From an uncultured Pelagibacteraceae bacterium (GTDB lineage: Bacteria > Pseudomonadota > Alphaproteobacteria > Pelagibacterales > AG-422-B15), in the NCBI GenBank assembly GCA_902518955.1, contig CABYIR010000002.1, positions 48,891 to 112,890 of the forward strand: 64,000 nucleotides of DNA, written 5' to 3'. The notes below the pieces were generated by a model. That model made no database searches, was not told where the DNA came from, and saw only the letters and a list, made by a program, of their open reading frames with translations. Position 1 is the stretch's first letter. Every line of letters begins with the position of its first letter. This document shows, piece by piece, positions 21,324 to 29,521 of the stretch. The translations under genes and the position numbers were made by a program.

Positions 21324-22256
21324 TTGAAAAAAGAAATTCATTTAATATCTCCTAGAGGATTTTGTGCTGGCGTAACGAGAGCTATTGATGTTGTTAATAT
21401 AGCATTAGAAAAGTATGGGTCTCCCGTTTATGTCAAACATGAGATAGTTCACAACAAGTCAGTTATCGAAGAGTTAAAACTAAAAGGAGCTGTATTTATT
21501 GAAGATATAAAAGATGTACCACAAGGTGCTCCACTCATTTTTTCAGCACACGGTGTTTCAAAACTAGTTGTTCAGGAGGCAAATGAGAAGAAGGCTATTA
21601 CCATAGATGCTACTTGCCCTCTTGTAACTAAAGTTCATGTTCAAGCAAAAAAATTTAGTGCCCAAGGTTATCATATTTTCTTGATAGGCCATCGTAACCA
21701 TCCTGAGGTTGAGGGCACTCTAGGTCAAATAGATCCTTCAGAAATCACGCTTATTGAAAATACAAATGACGTTTCACTTTTAAAAACAAATTTTGAAAAA
21801 GTTGCTTTTGTTACACAAACCACTTTATCCGTTGATGATACAAAAGAAATAATTAATCAATTAAAGATCAAATTTCCAAAAATAGTATCCTCAGCAAAAG
21901 AAGATATTTGTTATGCGACCACAAATAGACAAAATGCGATCAAAAAATATGCAATTGGTTGTGACAAATTCATTGTGGTTGGATCAAGAAATTCATCAAA
22001 TTCTAGTCGACTTGTTGATGTAGCAATTAATGCAGGTTGTTCAGATGCAGTTTTGTTAGACAGTAAAGACGAGTTGGATTTAGATCTTTATGAAAATGCA
22101 AAAGTTATAGGCATCTCTTCTGGCGCATCTGTTCCTGAAGATTTAGTTTTAGATATAGTGGAGAAATTTAAGAGTAAATACGATGTAGAAATTAAAAATT
22201 TTGAACTTCAGAAAGAAACAGTATCATTTAATCTTCCAAAAAATATAAGGAGATGA
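21324..22256 (+). CDS. ispH: 4-hydroxy-3-methylbut-2-enyl diphosphate reductase (TTG start)
   Basis: PRGFCAGV, DATCPLV, ICYATTNRQ, SSNS. Confidence 0.97.
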   Translation: MKKEIHLISPRGFCAGVTRAIDVVNIALEKYGSPVYVKHEIVHNKSVIEELKLKGAVFIEDIKDVPQGAPLIFSAHGVSKLVVQEANEKKAITIDATCPLVTKVHVQAKKFSAQGYHIFLIGHRNHPEVEGTLGQIDPSEITLIENTNDVSLLKTNFEKVAFVTQTTLSVDDTKEIINQLKIKFPKIVSSAKEDICYATTNRQNAIKKYAIGCDKFIVVGSRNSSNSSRLVDVAINAGCSDAVLLDSKDELDLDLYENAKVIGISSGASVPEDLVLDIVEKFKSKYDVEIKNFELQKETVSFNLPKNIRR

Positions 22257-22696
22257 ATGATATAACTCAACTAAATTGGGATTATCAGAATCCTCATTAT
22301 CTAAAATTTATAGTTGAAAGCAAGCACATAGACATCTTAGGACATGTAAATAATAAAGTTTACTTAGATTGGAGTGAAATTGTAAGTTGGAGTCACTCTA
22401 AGTCATTGGGAATAACTCCTGAGATATATCTTAAATTAAAATGCGCTTGCGTTGTTGTAGAGAATAAAATTGAATATGTTGGTTCATTATTTGAAGATGA
22501 TGAGATCGCAATATCTACTTGGATTACCAGAACAGATTCAAAAATAAGACTTAGTAGATTATTTCAGATTATTAGAATATCTGACAATAAAACGATTTTT
22601 CGTTCTAATGTAAATTATGTTTGTATTAGCCTAGAAAATTTTAAGCCAAAAAAAATGCCCCAATTATTTAGGGACTCTTATAAAGTTACCACATAA
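22253..22696 (+). CDS. Acyl-CoA thioesterase (hot-dog fold)
   Basis: HID.LGHVNN.VY motif. Confidence 0.88.
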   Translation: MNDITQLNWDYQNPHYLKFIVESKHIDILGHVNNKVYLDWSEIVSWSHSKSLGITPEIYLKLKCACVVVENKIEYVGSLFEDDEIAISTWITRTDSKIRLSRLFQIIRISDNKTIFRSNVNYVCISLENFKPKKMPQLFRDSYKVTT

Positions 22697-23184
22697 TGCA
22701 GGTAAAAGAGGTTAATATTGATGATTTATCGACAATAAGAGTAATTAACGATGACGCAATACCAGCTGTAAACTCCGTATCTGAAAAAGAATTTATTTGG
22801 TTTCATAAAAATTCGATCTATTTTAAAAAAGTTACGTTAAATGAAATTTTAGCTGGATTTTTATTAGTATTGCCAATGAATATTCCTTATAAAAGTCTAA
22901 ACTATAGCTGGTTTTCTGAAAGATATAATAATTTTGCTTATATAGATCGAATTGCAGTTAAAGAGGAATTTAAAAGCTCTGGTATAGGAACATTGCTCTA
23001 CACAGACTTAGAAAAATCGTTGCCGAATGAGATAAAAATGATTGCGTGTGAGTATAATATCAAGCCACTAAATATGATCTCAGAAAATTTTCATCAAAAG
23101 ATGGCATATAAAAATGTTGGAACCCATCTTACTGAAAATGATACAAAACAAGTTTCCTTGATGGTAAAAGAAATAAATGTCTGA
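22696..23184 (+). CDS. GNAT family acetyltransferase
   Basis: YIDRIAV....G.GTLLY, N..S..FH. Confidence 0.82.
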   Translation: MQVKEVNIDDLSTIRVINDDAIPAVNSVSEKEFIWFHKNSIYFKKVTLNEILAGFLLVLPMNIPYKSLNYSWFSERYNNFAYIDRIAVKEEFKSSGIGTLLYTDLEKSLPNEIKMIACEYNIKPLNMISENFHQKMAYKNVGTHLTENDTKQVSLMVKEINV

Positions 23185-24286
23185 AAATACTTACGATGCA
23201 GTAATAATTGGAGCAGGGGTTATTGGCCTTGCAATATCAAGAAAATTAGCTCAAGAAGGAAAAGATGTTCTGATTATTGAAGAACAGCAACTAATTGGAT
23301 CTGTTACAAGTTCACGAAATAGTGGGGTTATTCACGCAGGTGTTTATTACGATAAGGACTCTTTAAAGGCTAAGTTTTGTCCTGATGGTAATAGAAGAAT
23401 GTATGAGTACTGTGTATCAAGATCTGTACCACATTTAAATACTGGTAAATTTATTGTGGCTACATCCAATAATGAAATTGAAAAATTAGAAGCAATTTAT
23501 GACCAAGCAAAAAGTGTAGGTGTTATAGACATTGAAAAAGTTTCAGGTAATCACGTATCAAATGTAGAGCCTTTGGTTAAATGTGTTGAAGGTCTATATG
23601 TTCCATCCTCAGGGATAGTAGATACATCTGCATTGATGAGATCCTATTTAGGAGATATTGAGGATAGAGGAGGCATGGTAAGTTATAATACTTTTTTAAA
23701 ATGTGCTGACTTGAAAGATAATTTATTTGAAATTATAGTAACTCAAAATAATGAAGAGATTGAGATTAATTCTCATATTTTAATAAATGCTTCTGGAATT
23801 TTTGCTGAAAAAGTAGCTAATAATTTTTTATTTTTAGATAAGTCAAATATTCCAAAAACATATTTTGCTAAAGGAAACTATTTCGAAACAGGAAAAAATC
23901 TTGGGATAAAGCATTTAATATACCCTGTACCAAATGAGGCTAGTCTTGGTTTACACTTGGGCTTTGATATGGGCATGACTGTACGATTCGGACCAGATGT
24001 TGAATGGACTGATGAAATTAATTATACTGTTGATGCTGACAGGGAAGAAATATTCTATAATGATATAGTAAAATATATACCTTCTATCGATCGTTCATTG
24101 CTAAAACCAGGATATTCAGGAATTAGACCAAAACTTAAAAATCAAGGTGAGGGTAAAAGCGATTTTAAAATAGATTGCGTAAAACAACATGGAATAGATA
24201 ATTTAATTAATCTTTTTGGTATGGAGTCACCCGGTCTTACATCATCACTTGTCATAGCAGATTATGTAAGTGATTTAGTGAATTAG
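23177..24286 (+). CDS. FAD-dependent oxidoreductase, L-2-hydroxyglutarate dehydrogenase-like
   Basis: IGAGVIG, TSSRNSGVIHAG.YY, YSGIRPK, G.ESPGLTSSL. Confidence 0.85.
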   Translation: MSENTYDAVIIGAGVIGLAISRKLAQEGKDVLIIEEQQLIGSVTSSRNSGVIHAGVYYDKDSLKAKFCPDGNRRMYEYCVSRSVPHLNTGKFIVATSNNEIEKLEAIYDQAKSVGVIDIEKVSGNHVSNVEPLVKCVEGLYVPSSGIVDTSALMRSYLGDIEDRGGMVSYNTFLKCADLKDNLFEIIVTQNNEEIEINSHILINASGIFAEKVANNFLFLDKSNIPKTYFAKGNYFETGKNLGIKHLIYPVPNEASLGLHLGFDMGMTVRFGPDVEWTDEINYTVDADREEIFYNDIVKYIPSIDRSLLKPGYSGIRPKLKNQGEGKSDFKIDCVKQHGIDNLINLFGMESPGLTSSLVIADYVSDLVN

Positions 24287-25146
24287 GAAAACAGGTCTAT
24301 ATCCGTGTTATTTGAAATATAGGACTTCATTTTCATCATTGCACTTTTTTCGATTTGTCTAACTCTTTCCTTAGAAATATTGAGCTTTATTCCAAGAGTT
24401 TCTAAGGTTTGAGAATTTTCTTCAAGATGTCTATTTCTTATAATTTGTATTTCACGATCATCAAGTATTTCAAGAGCGTGTCCAATTAATTTCTTCTTAA
24501 ATTCAACTTCATCTTTATTGAAAATCTTATCATCAGGTCTCGCATCCTCATCCTCAATCAAACTTAAGAATTCTTCCTCGCCATCATCGCTTATTTTATG
24601 GTTCAGTGAGCTATCATTTTGAGATAGACGATTGTCCATCTTTATTACATCTGAAGTAGAAATATCTAAACTTTGAGCAAGGCCGTGAGCAGTTTGATAG
24701 TCAATCGTGCCATTTTCAGTACTTTTAATTTTTTGCTTTAATTTCCTTAAATTAAAAAACAAACTTTTTTGTTTTGAAGTTGATGCAATTCTTACAAGAG
24801 ACCAGTTTTTCAAGACAAAATCTTGTATTGCTGCTCTGATCCACCAACCAGCATATGTTGAGAATCTTACTTCCTTAGAAAGCTCAAACCTTTCAGCTGC
24901 TTTCATTAGACCAATGTTACCCTCTTGAATCAAATCACTAACGTTCAGGCCATAATTCTTGTATTTCATTGCAAATGCGATCACTAACCTAATATGAGAT
25001 TGAGTTAGCTTATGTAAAGCCTTTTCATCCCTTTTGGTAAGCCATTTTTTAGCAAGCGACTTTTCATCTTGTTCCTCTAAGAGAGGGATAGACATAGCTT
25101 GCTTAATAAAATTTTTTGTATCGTTTAAGTCATCAAAATTTGCCAT
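24283..25146 (-). CDS. rpoH2: RNA polymerase sigma-32 factor, RpoH2-type
   Basis: DLIQEGNIGLMKA, RFSTYA.WWIRA, RpoH-box variant STSKQKSLFFNLR, SKERVRQIE. Confidence 0.8.
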   Translation of the reverse strand: MANFDDLNDTKNFIKQAMSIPLLEEQDEKSLAKKWLTKRDEKALHKLTQSHIRLVIAFAMKYKNYGLNVSDLIQEGNIGLMKAAERFELSKEVRFSTYAGWWIRAAIQDFVLKNWSLVRIASTSKQKSLFFNLRKLKQKIKSTENGTIDYQTAHGLAQSLDISTSDVIKMDNRLSQNDSSLNHKISDDGEEEFLSLIEDEDARPDDKIFNKDEVEFKKKLIGHALEILDDREIQIIRNRHLEENSQTLETLGIKLNISKERVRQIEKSAMMKMKSYISNNTDIDLFS

Positions 25147-25272
25147 ATCGCAATATCTACAGATAAGTTTTGAATAATCCAATTAAAAGAAACAAAATAC
25201 CACTTTAAAAATTGCCAATATGACATAGGTAATTAAATTAGATATAAAAAAAACTAATAGATTCAATAAAAT

Positions 25273-26691
25273 ATGAGTTTTAGTAAAAGCCCTGTCATTT
25301 ATTGGTTACGCGAAGATTTCAGGATTCATGATAACTTGGCACTAACTGAAGCTGCAAAAGATAATAAAAATTTGATACTTGTTTATTTTAGTAATTATTT
25401 AGATAAACAGCCAGGATCAGCTGAGAAAGTTTGGATTAATAATAGTTTTTTAGAAATCACTAAAAAATATCATGAAATTTATGGATTAAATATTCAGTGT
25501 TATGATGGTGATCCAATTCAATATTTAGATGATTTACATAAAAATTTTGGTGTTTCGGAAATATATATTAACGAAGTCTTTGATCCCAGAACCAAAAAAA
25601 AAGATGAAAAAATAAAGAAGTACTTTACAGACCAAATCATTTTTAAAACATACAACTCTCATCTCTTGTTTGATCCGGAGGAAATTAAAAATAATGCAGG
25701 ATCGTATTTCAAGGTTTACTCTCCTTTTTGGAGAAATTGTTTATCAAAACTTATAATTCGTAAACCTCTTAGGCCCCCTAAAAAAATTAATGTTTTTCAA
25801 GATAAGCGTCTTAAAGGTATTCATGATCTGTCATTCAATCAATATTTATGGGCAGATAAGCTATTTAAGTACTTCACTCCGGGAGAAAATGCAGCCAGAT
25901 TAAAGCTAAAAGAGCTGGGTAATTTGATTAAAGGCTATTCAATTAATCGAGATTTTCCAAATAAGGATTCAACCTCAAAGTTTTCAATGTATTTTGCTCG
26001 TGGTGAATTATCAGTAAATGAGGTGATGTTTCATTTAATAAAAAATAAGGCAAAAATAAATAAAGACGATTACATCAAATTTTCTTCTCAAATTGGATGG
26101 AGGGAATTTTCTTACAATATTTTATATAATTTTCCTAACTTACCTCAAAGGAACTTTAATCAAAAGTTTGATAATTTTGAATGGGAAGGCAATAAAAAAA
26201 ATTTTACTTTATGGAAATCAGGACAAACTGGTTTTCCCATAGTGGACGCTGGAATGAGAGAACTTTACGAAACAGGCTATATGCATAATAGAGTTAGGAT
26301 GATTACAGCATCTTTCTTAGTTAAAGATTTACTTATTGATTGGAGACTAGGAAGAAAATGGTTTGAAGAAACTCTTATAGATCATGATATAGCTAATAAC
26401 TCGGCAGGTTGGCAATGGGTCGCTGGCAGTGGGACAGATGCTGCGCCATACTTCAGAATTTTTAACCCCTCACTTCAAAGTGAACGATTTGATAAAGAAG
26501 GAAATTATATAAAAAAATGGATTCCTGAACTGAAAGATTTACCAGCAAAGCTTATTCATTCTCCTTGGAAATTTCATGTGTCAGATCTTAAAAAATATAA
26601 TATAGAACTAGGAAAAACATACCCATATCCTATAATTGATCATAGCAAAGCAAGGGATAAAGCATTGATGCTTTACAAGAAATTAAAATGA
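25273..26691 (+). CDS. phrB: Deoxyribodipyrimidine photolyase (class I)
   Basis: W.R.D.R..DN.AL, WREF, GYMHNRVRM, WQW.AG.G.DAAPYFRIFNP. Confidence 0.93.
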   Translation: MSFSKSPVIYWLREDFRIHDNLALTEAAKDNKNLILVYFSNYLDKQPGSAEKVWINNSFLEITKKYHEIYGLNIQCYDGDPIQYLDDLHKNFGVSEIYINEVFDPRTKKKDEKIKKYFTDQIIFKTYNSHLLFDPEEIKNNAGSYFKVYSPFWRNCLSKLIIRKPLRPPKKINVFQDKRLKGIHDLSFNQYLWADKLFKYFTPGENAARLKLKELGNLIKGYSINRDFPNKDSTSKFSMYFARGELSVNEVMFHLIKNKAKINKDDYIKFSSQIGWREFSYNILYNFPNLPQRNFNQKFDNFEWEGNKKNFTLWKSGQTGFPIVDAGMRELYETGYMHNRVRMITASFLVKDLLIDWRLGRKWFEETLIDHDIANNSAGWQWVAGSGTDAAPYFRIFNPSLQSERFDKEGNYIKKWIPELKDLPAKLIHSPWKFHVSDLKKYNIELGKTYPYPIIDHSKARDKALMLYKKLK

Positions 26692-27029
26692 CAAAAGAAA
26701 TAATCAATTTTGAGGATTTCCTTAAGATTGATATTAGAGTTGGTACCATACTCGAGGCATCAATAAATAAAAAAGCTAGAAAACCAGCTTATGTTTTAAA
26801 AATTGATTTTGGCTCAGAAATAGGTATTAAACACAGTTCGGCACAGGTAACTAATTATTCAGAGGTAGAGCTAATAAATAAAAAAATTGTGGCTATTTGC
26901 AATTTTGAAAAAAAGAACATTGCTGGGATTGTATCTGAGGTTCTAATTTTAGGCTCTATAGATGAAATGAATTTAGTTCATCTAATATCTGCAAGTGATG
27001 ATGCTAAAAATGGTGACTATATTGCATAA
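26688..27029 (+). CDS. csaA: tRNA-binding protein / chaperone CsaA
   Basis: F.DF.K.DIRVGTI, IDFG.EIG.K.SSAQ. Confidence 0.9.
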   Translation: MTKEIINFEDFLKIDIRVGTILEASINKKARKPAYVLKIDFGSEIGIKHSSAQVTNYSEVELINKKIVAICNFEKKNIAGIVSEVLILGSIDEMNLVHLISASDDAKNGDYIA

Positions 27030-27034
27030 AGACA

Positions 27035-27111
27035 TGGTGCGCTCGAGATGATTCGAACATCCGACCCCAGGATTAGGAATCCTGTGCTCTATCCAACTGA
27101 GCTACGAGCGC
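27035..27111 (-). tRNA. tRNA-Arg(CCT)
   Basis: Reverse complement GCGCTCG...CAGGA-TTCCTAA-TCCTG...GTTCGAATC...CGAGCGCACCA. Confidence 0.97.
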
Positions 27112-27300
27112 AAAAAAAATAATTTTATTTATAAAAAAAATTTAATTTATTTTTTTAAAAATTTATAAAATAAAATTTTTTTTTTAAATTTTTTTTAAAA
27201 AAAACTAATAAACATAACAAGTTAAGAAATTTAACTAATATTTAATTATAATTAAATTATTCTTTATATTTTGAATTTATTTTTGAAAATTTCCCAAAAA
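27112..27300. other. Extremely AT-rich intergenic tract with A/T runs
   Basis: No G or C from 27112 to 27204 (93 nt); 12 G/C in the remainder. Confidence 0.9.
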
Positions 27301-27355
27301 TTGACACTTTTTAATAAAAAGTTAAAAATTGTAACAGAACGAATCAATTTGATTC
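27301..27355 (+). promoter_or_regulatory. Putative sigma70 promoter plus GAATCAA-T-TTGATTC palindrome (two GANTC sites) upstream of the H1-like gene
   Basis: TTGACA at 27301, TAAAAA at 27323, inverted repeat at 27341-27355. Confidence 0.5.
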
Positions 27356-27398
27356 TATCTACTAACCTCTAACTAAACGCAAATGCGGGGAGAAAAAT

Positions 27399-27656
27399 AT
27401 GGAGGAACTAAAAATAATCTTTGCTAAAGCAAAGAAAAAAGCAAAGAAAAAAGCTGCACCGAAGAAAAGAAAAGCAGCTCCTAAGAAAAAGAAAAAAGCC
27501 GCTAAAAAAAAAAAAGCAGCTCCTAGGAGAAAAGCTAAAAGAAAAGCAGCTCCTAAGAAAAAGAAAAAAGCCGCTAAGAAAAAAAAGGCAGCTCCTAAAA
27601 GAAAAAACGCAGCTCCTAAGAAAAAGAAAAAAGCCGCTAAAAGAAAAAAAAGATAG
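27399..27656 (+). CDS. Histone-H1-like Lys/Ala/Pro-rich small basic protein
   Basis: 85 aa with 42 K, 7 R, 22 A, 6 P; AAPKKKKKAA repeats; GGGAG SD upstream and terminator downstream. Confidence 0.8.
   Translation: MEELKIIFAKAKKKAKKKAAPKKRKAAPKKKKKAAKKKKAAPRRKAKRKAAPKKKKKAAKKKKAAPKRKNAAPKKKKKAAKRKKR
27474..27640 (+). repeat. Three exact copies of a 32-nt coding repeat GCAGCTCCTAAGAAAAAGAAAAAAGCCGCTAA
   Basis: Copies start at 27474, 27546 and 27609. Confidence 0.9.
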
Positions 27657-27657
27657 T

Positions 27658-27687
27658 AAGCATTAATATTATTAATGCTTTTTTTTT
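27658..27687 (+). terminator. Intrinsic terminator after the H1-like gene
   Basis: AAGCATTAAT-ATT-ATTAATGCTT stem followed by a T-tract. Confidence 0.8.
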
Positions 27688-27697
27688 GCGTCCTTAG

Positions 27698-28567
27698 TTA
27701 AATAGCTAAGGGCGCTTTTTTTATCTTATCTCGACCAAGTACTTTATCAACTTTTTTTATTGCGTTCTCTTCAGGTATATTTAGGCCCGCCATAACCTCT
27801 CTTAGAAATCGATCATAAGCTAGTTCAAATAGCTGTCTCTCACTATAAGATTGTTCAATCTGGTTATTTGCTCTATTTAAATCTCTCACTACTTCTGCGA
27901 TTTGTTCAATATCACCAGAGTTTATTTTTTGATCGTACTCTTGAGCTCTTCGACTCCACATTGTCCTTTTAATCCTTGCTTTTTGTGCGAGTATTTTCAT
28001 GACAGATTGTATCTTTGATGGCTTAGATACTTTACGAAGATTTAAAGCTTTCGCTTTTTCTACCGGAACCCTAAGTACAAGTTTATCTCTTATAAACTCA
28101 ATTACATACATCTCAAGGTTTTGACCAACAACTTCTCTTTTCTCAATATCAATTACACATCCTACGCCATGTGTTGGGTATACAACGTAGTCTTTTGTGC
28201 CAAATATCTTTTTAACTTTTTTTTCTTTGATTGCTTTAATCTCAAGTACTTTTTTTACTTTTTTAGCTTGGTAATGAGATGGATTGATAAGACGATTATT
28301 TACTTTTTTCTCAGAAGGTTTTGAAGCGATTGGAAGCTTTGATTTCGATGATGGCTTAGCATCTTTATTTTTTTTTAAAATTTTTTCTTTTACAATCTTT
28401 TTTTTCCTGACTTCCTTCTTTTTTTTTATTACAGAGGTTTTCTTTTTAGTTAACGCATCCTTCTTTTTTTTGATAATTCTCTTTTTCTTTTTTAGAACAA
28501 CATTTTTTTTTGAGGCTGATTTTTTTCTGACTGAAATAGATTTTTTCTTTAAATTTTTTTTCTTCAT
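27698..28567 (-). CDS. carD: CarD-family RNAP regulator with ~120-aa Lys-rich N-terminal extension
   Basis: [42 protein letters not shown]. Confidence 0.92.
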   Translation of the reverse strand: MKKKNLKKKSISVRKKSASKKNVVLKKKKRIIKKKKDALTKKKTSVIKKKKEVRKKKIVKEKILKKNKDAKPSSKSKLPIASKPSEKKVNNRLINPSHYQAKKVKKVLEIKAIKEKKVKKIFGTKDYVVYPTHGVGCVIDIEKREVVGQNLEMYVIEFIRDKLVLRVPVEKAKALNLRKVSKPSKIQSVMKILAQKARIKRTMWSRRAQEYDQKINSGDIEQIAEVVRDLNRANNQIEQSYSERQLFELAYDRFLREVMAGLNIPEENAIKKVDKVLGRDKIKKAPLAI

Positions 28568-28908
28568 ATAATCCTTCTATTTTCTAGATTTTCTGTAAAA
28601 TATTTGTCAAATTTATTTTCTTCATTTTCAAAATTACTTGAGTCTGCTGGAGGTTCTTTTTTTTCAGTTATATTTGGCCACTCTTGAGAATATTTTTGAT
28701 TTATTTCACCCCACTTTCCATTTTCATCATCTGTATCAGCTATTATTGCATCAACGGGACATTCAGGCTCACAAACACCACAGTCTATACATTCATCCGG
28801 GTTAATTACCAGCATATTCTCACCTTCATAAAAACAATCAACTGGGCAAACCTCAACACAGTCTGTAAATTTACACTTAATACAATTTTCATTAACAAGA
28901 TATGTCAT
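28564..28908 (-). CDS. fdxA: Ferredoxin FdxA (dicluster)
   Basis: [34 protein letters not shown]. Confidence 0.96.
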   Translation of the reverse strand: MTYLVNENCIKCKFTDCVEVCPVDCFYEGENMLVINPDECIDCGVCEPECPVDAIIADTDDENGKWGEINQKYSQEWPNITEKKEPPADSSNFENEENKFDKYFTENLENRRII

Positions 28909-28914
28909 TAAAAT

Positions 28915-29346
28915 TCAATATGTGTTTTTGATCTTGCCTACATCTGAGTCCTGAACATACAATAGGCCTGATATTTTTCTTATTAAGCTATTTTCATAGT
29001 CATCAATTCGCCCATCTGAAATTATAATTTTCCACATCATCTCAATAATTTCTAATTTCTCATCATAATCTAAGTTTTCATTAAGTTTTCTGGTGAACTG
29101 TTGAATATCATTTGAGTTATCATTGATTATTAGAGATAGTGAAAATAGCTCATCAAGCTTTTCATCTGTCAAATCAAAATATTTTTTCAGAAGGGACTTT
29201 ATTTTTTCCTTTTCAATATCATCAAAAACCCCATCATAAGCTGCAGTTTGAATTAAAAGTGCTGATATTGAGATTTGTAGAGTATCAAATGATGGATCTT
29301 CTATTTCTACTTTTGATTTAAAGGCTGATTTTAATTTTTCGAACAT
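28915..29346 (-). CDS. TerB-family protein
   Basis: ALLI..A..DG....E, MW.II.SDG..D.YE..LIRK. Confidence 0.8.
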   Translation of the reverse strand: MFEKLKSAFKSKVEIEDPSFDTLQISISALLIQTAAYDGVFDDIEKEKIKSLLKKYFDLTDEKLDELFSLSLIINDNSNDIQQFTRKLNENLDYDEKLEIIEMMWKIIISDGRIDDYENSLIRKISGLLYVQDSDVGKIKNTY

Positions 29347-29521
29347 AAATTTATTGTTGCTTGTTATAAATTGAGTACAATATGTTGTATTAGTTTTAGA
29401 ACAAAAGGTGTAGAGAATAAGTCCGAATCACTAACATCATATGTTCGCTGAATATTCTAATATTTTATTATTTTTATTACGATATATATAACATCTAATT
29501 ATTAATTGAAAAGTCACTTTA

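Noticed and set aside
27112..27300. AT-rich tract as the replication origin
   Set aside because: No DnaA boxes seen, and no dnaA, hemE or parAB context.
27474..27640. 32-nt repeats with 31-40 nt gaps as a mini CRISPR array
   Set aside because: The repeats are in-frame coding units, the gaps are related K/A/P codons rather than unique spacers, and there are no cas genes.
27421..27666. Alternative-frame basic ORF over the H1-like gene
   Set aside because: TTG start, and it runs into the terminator. Best explained as a shadow of the A-rich repeat.
28121..28911. Phe-rich + strand ORFs opposite carD and fdxA
   Set aside because: They are antisense shadows of poly-Lys codons.
29347..29521. Cobalamin riboswitch upstream of mcm (also checked at ccr/ecm)
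   Set aside because: No B12-box or GC-rich helices, and the regions are short and AT-rich.
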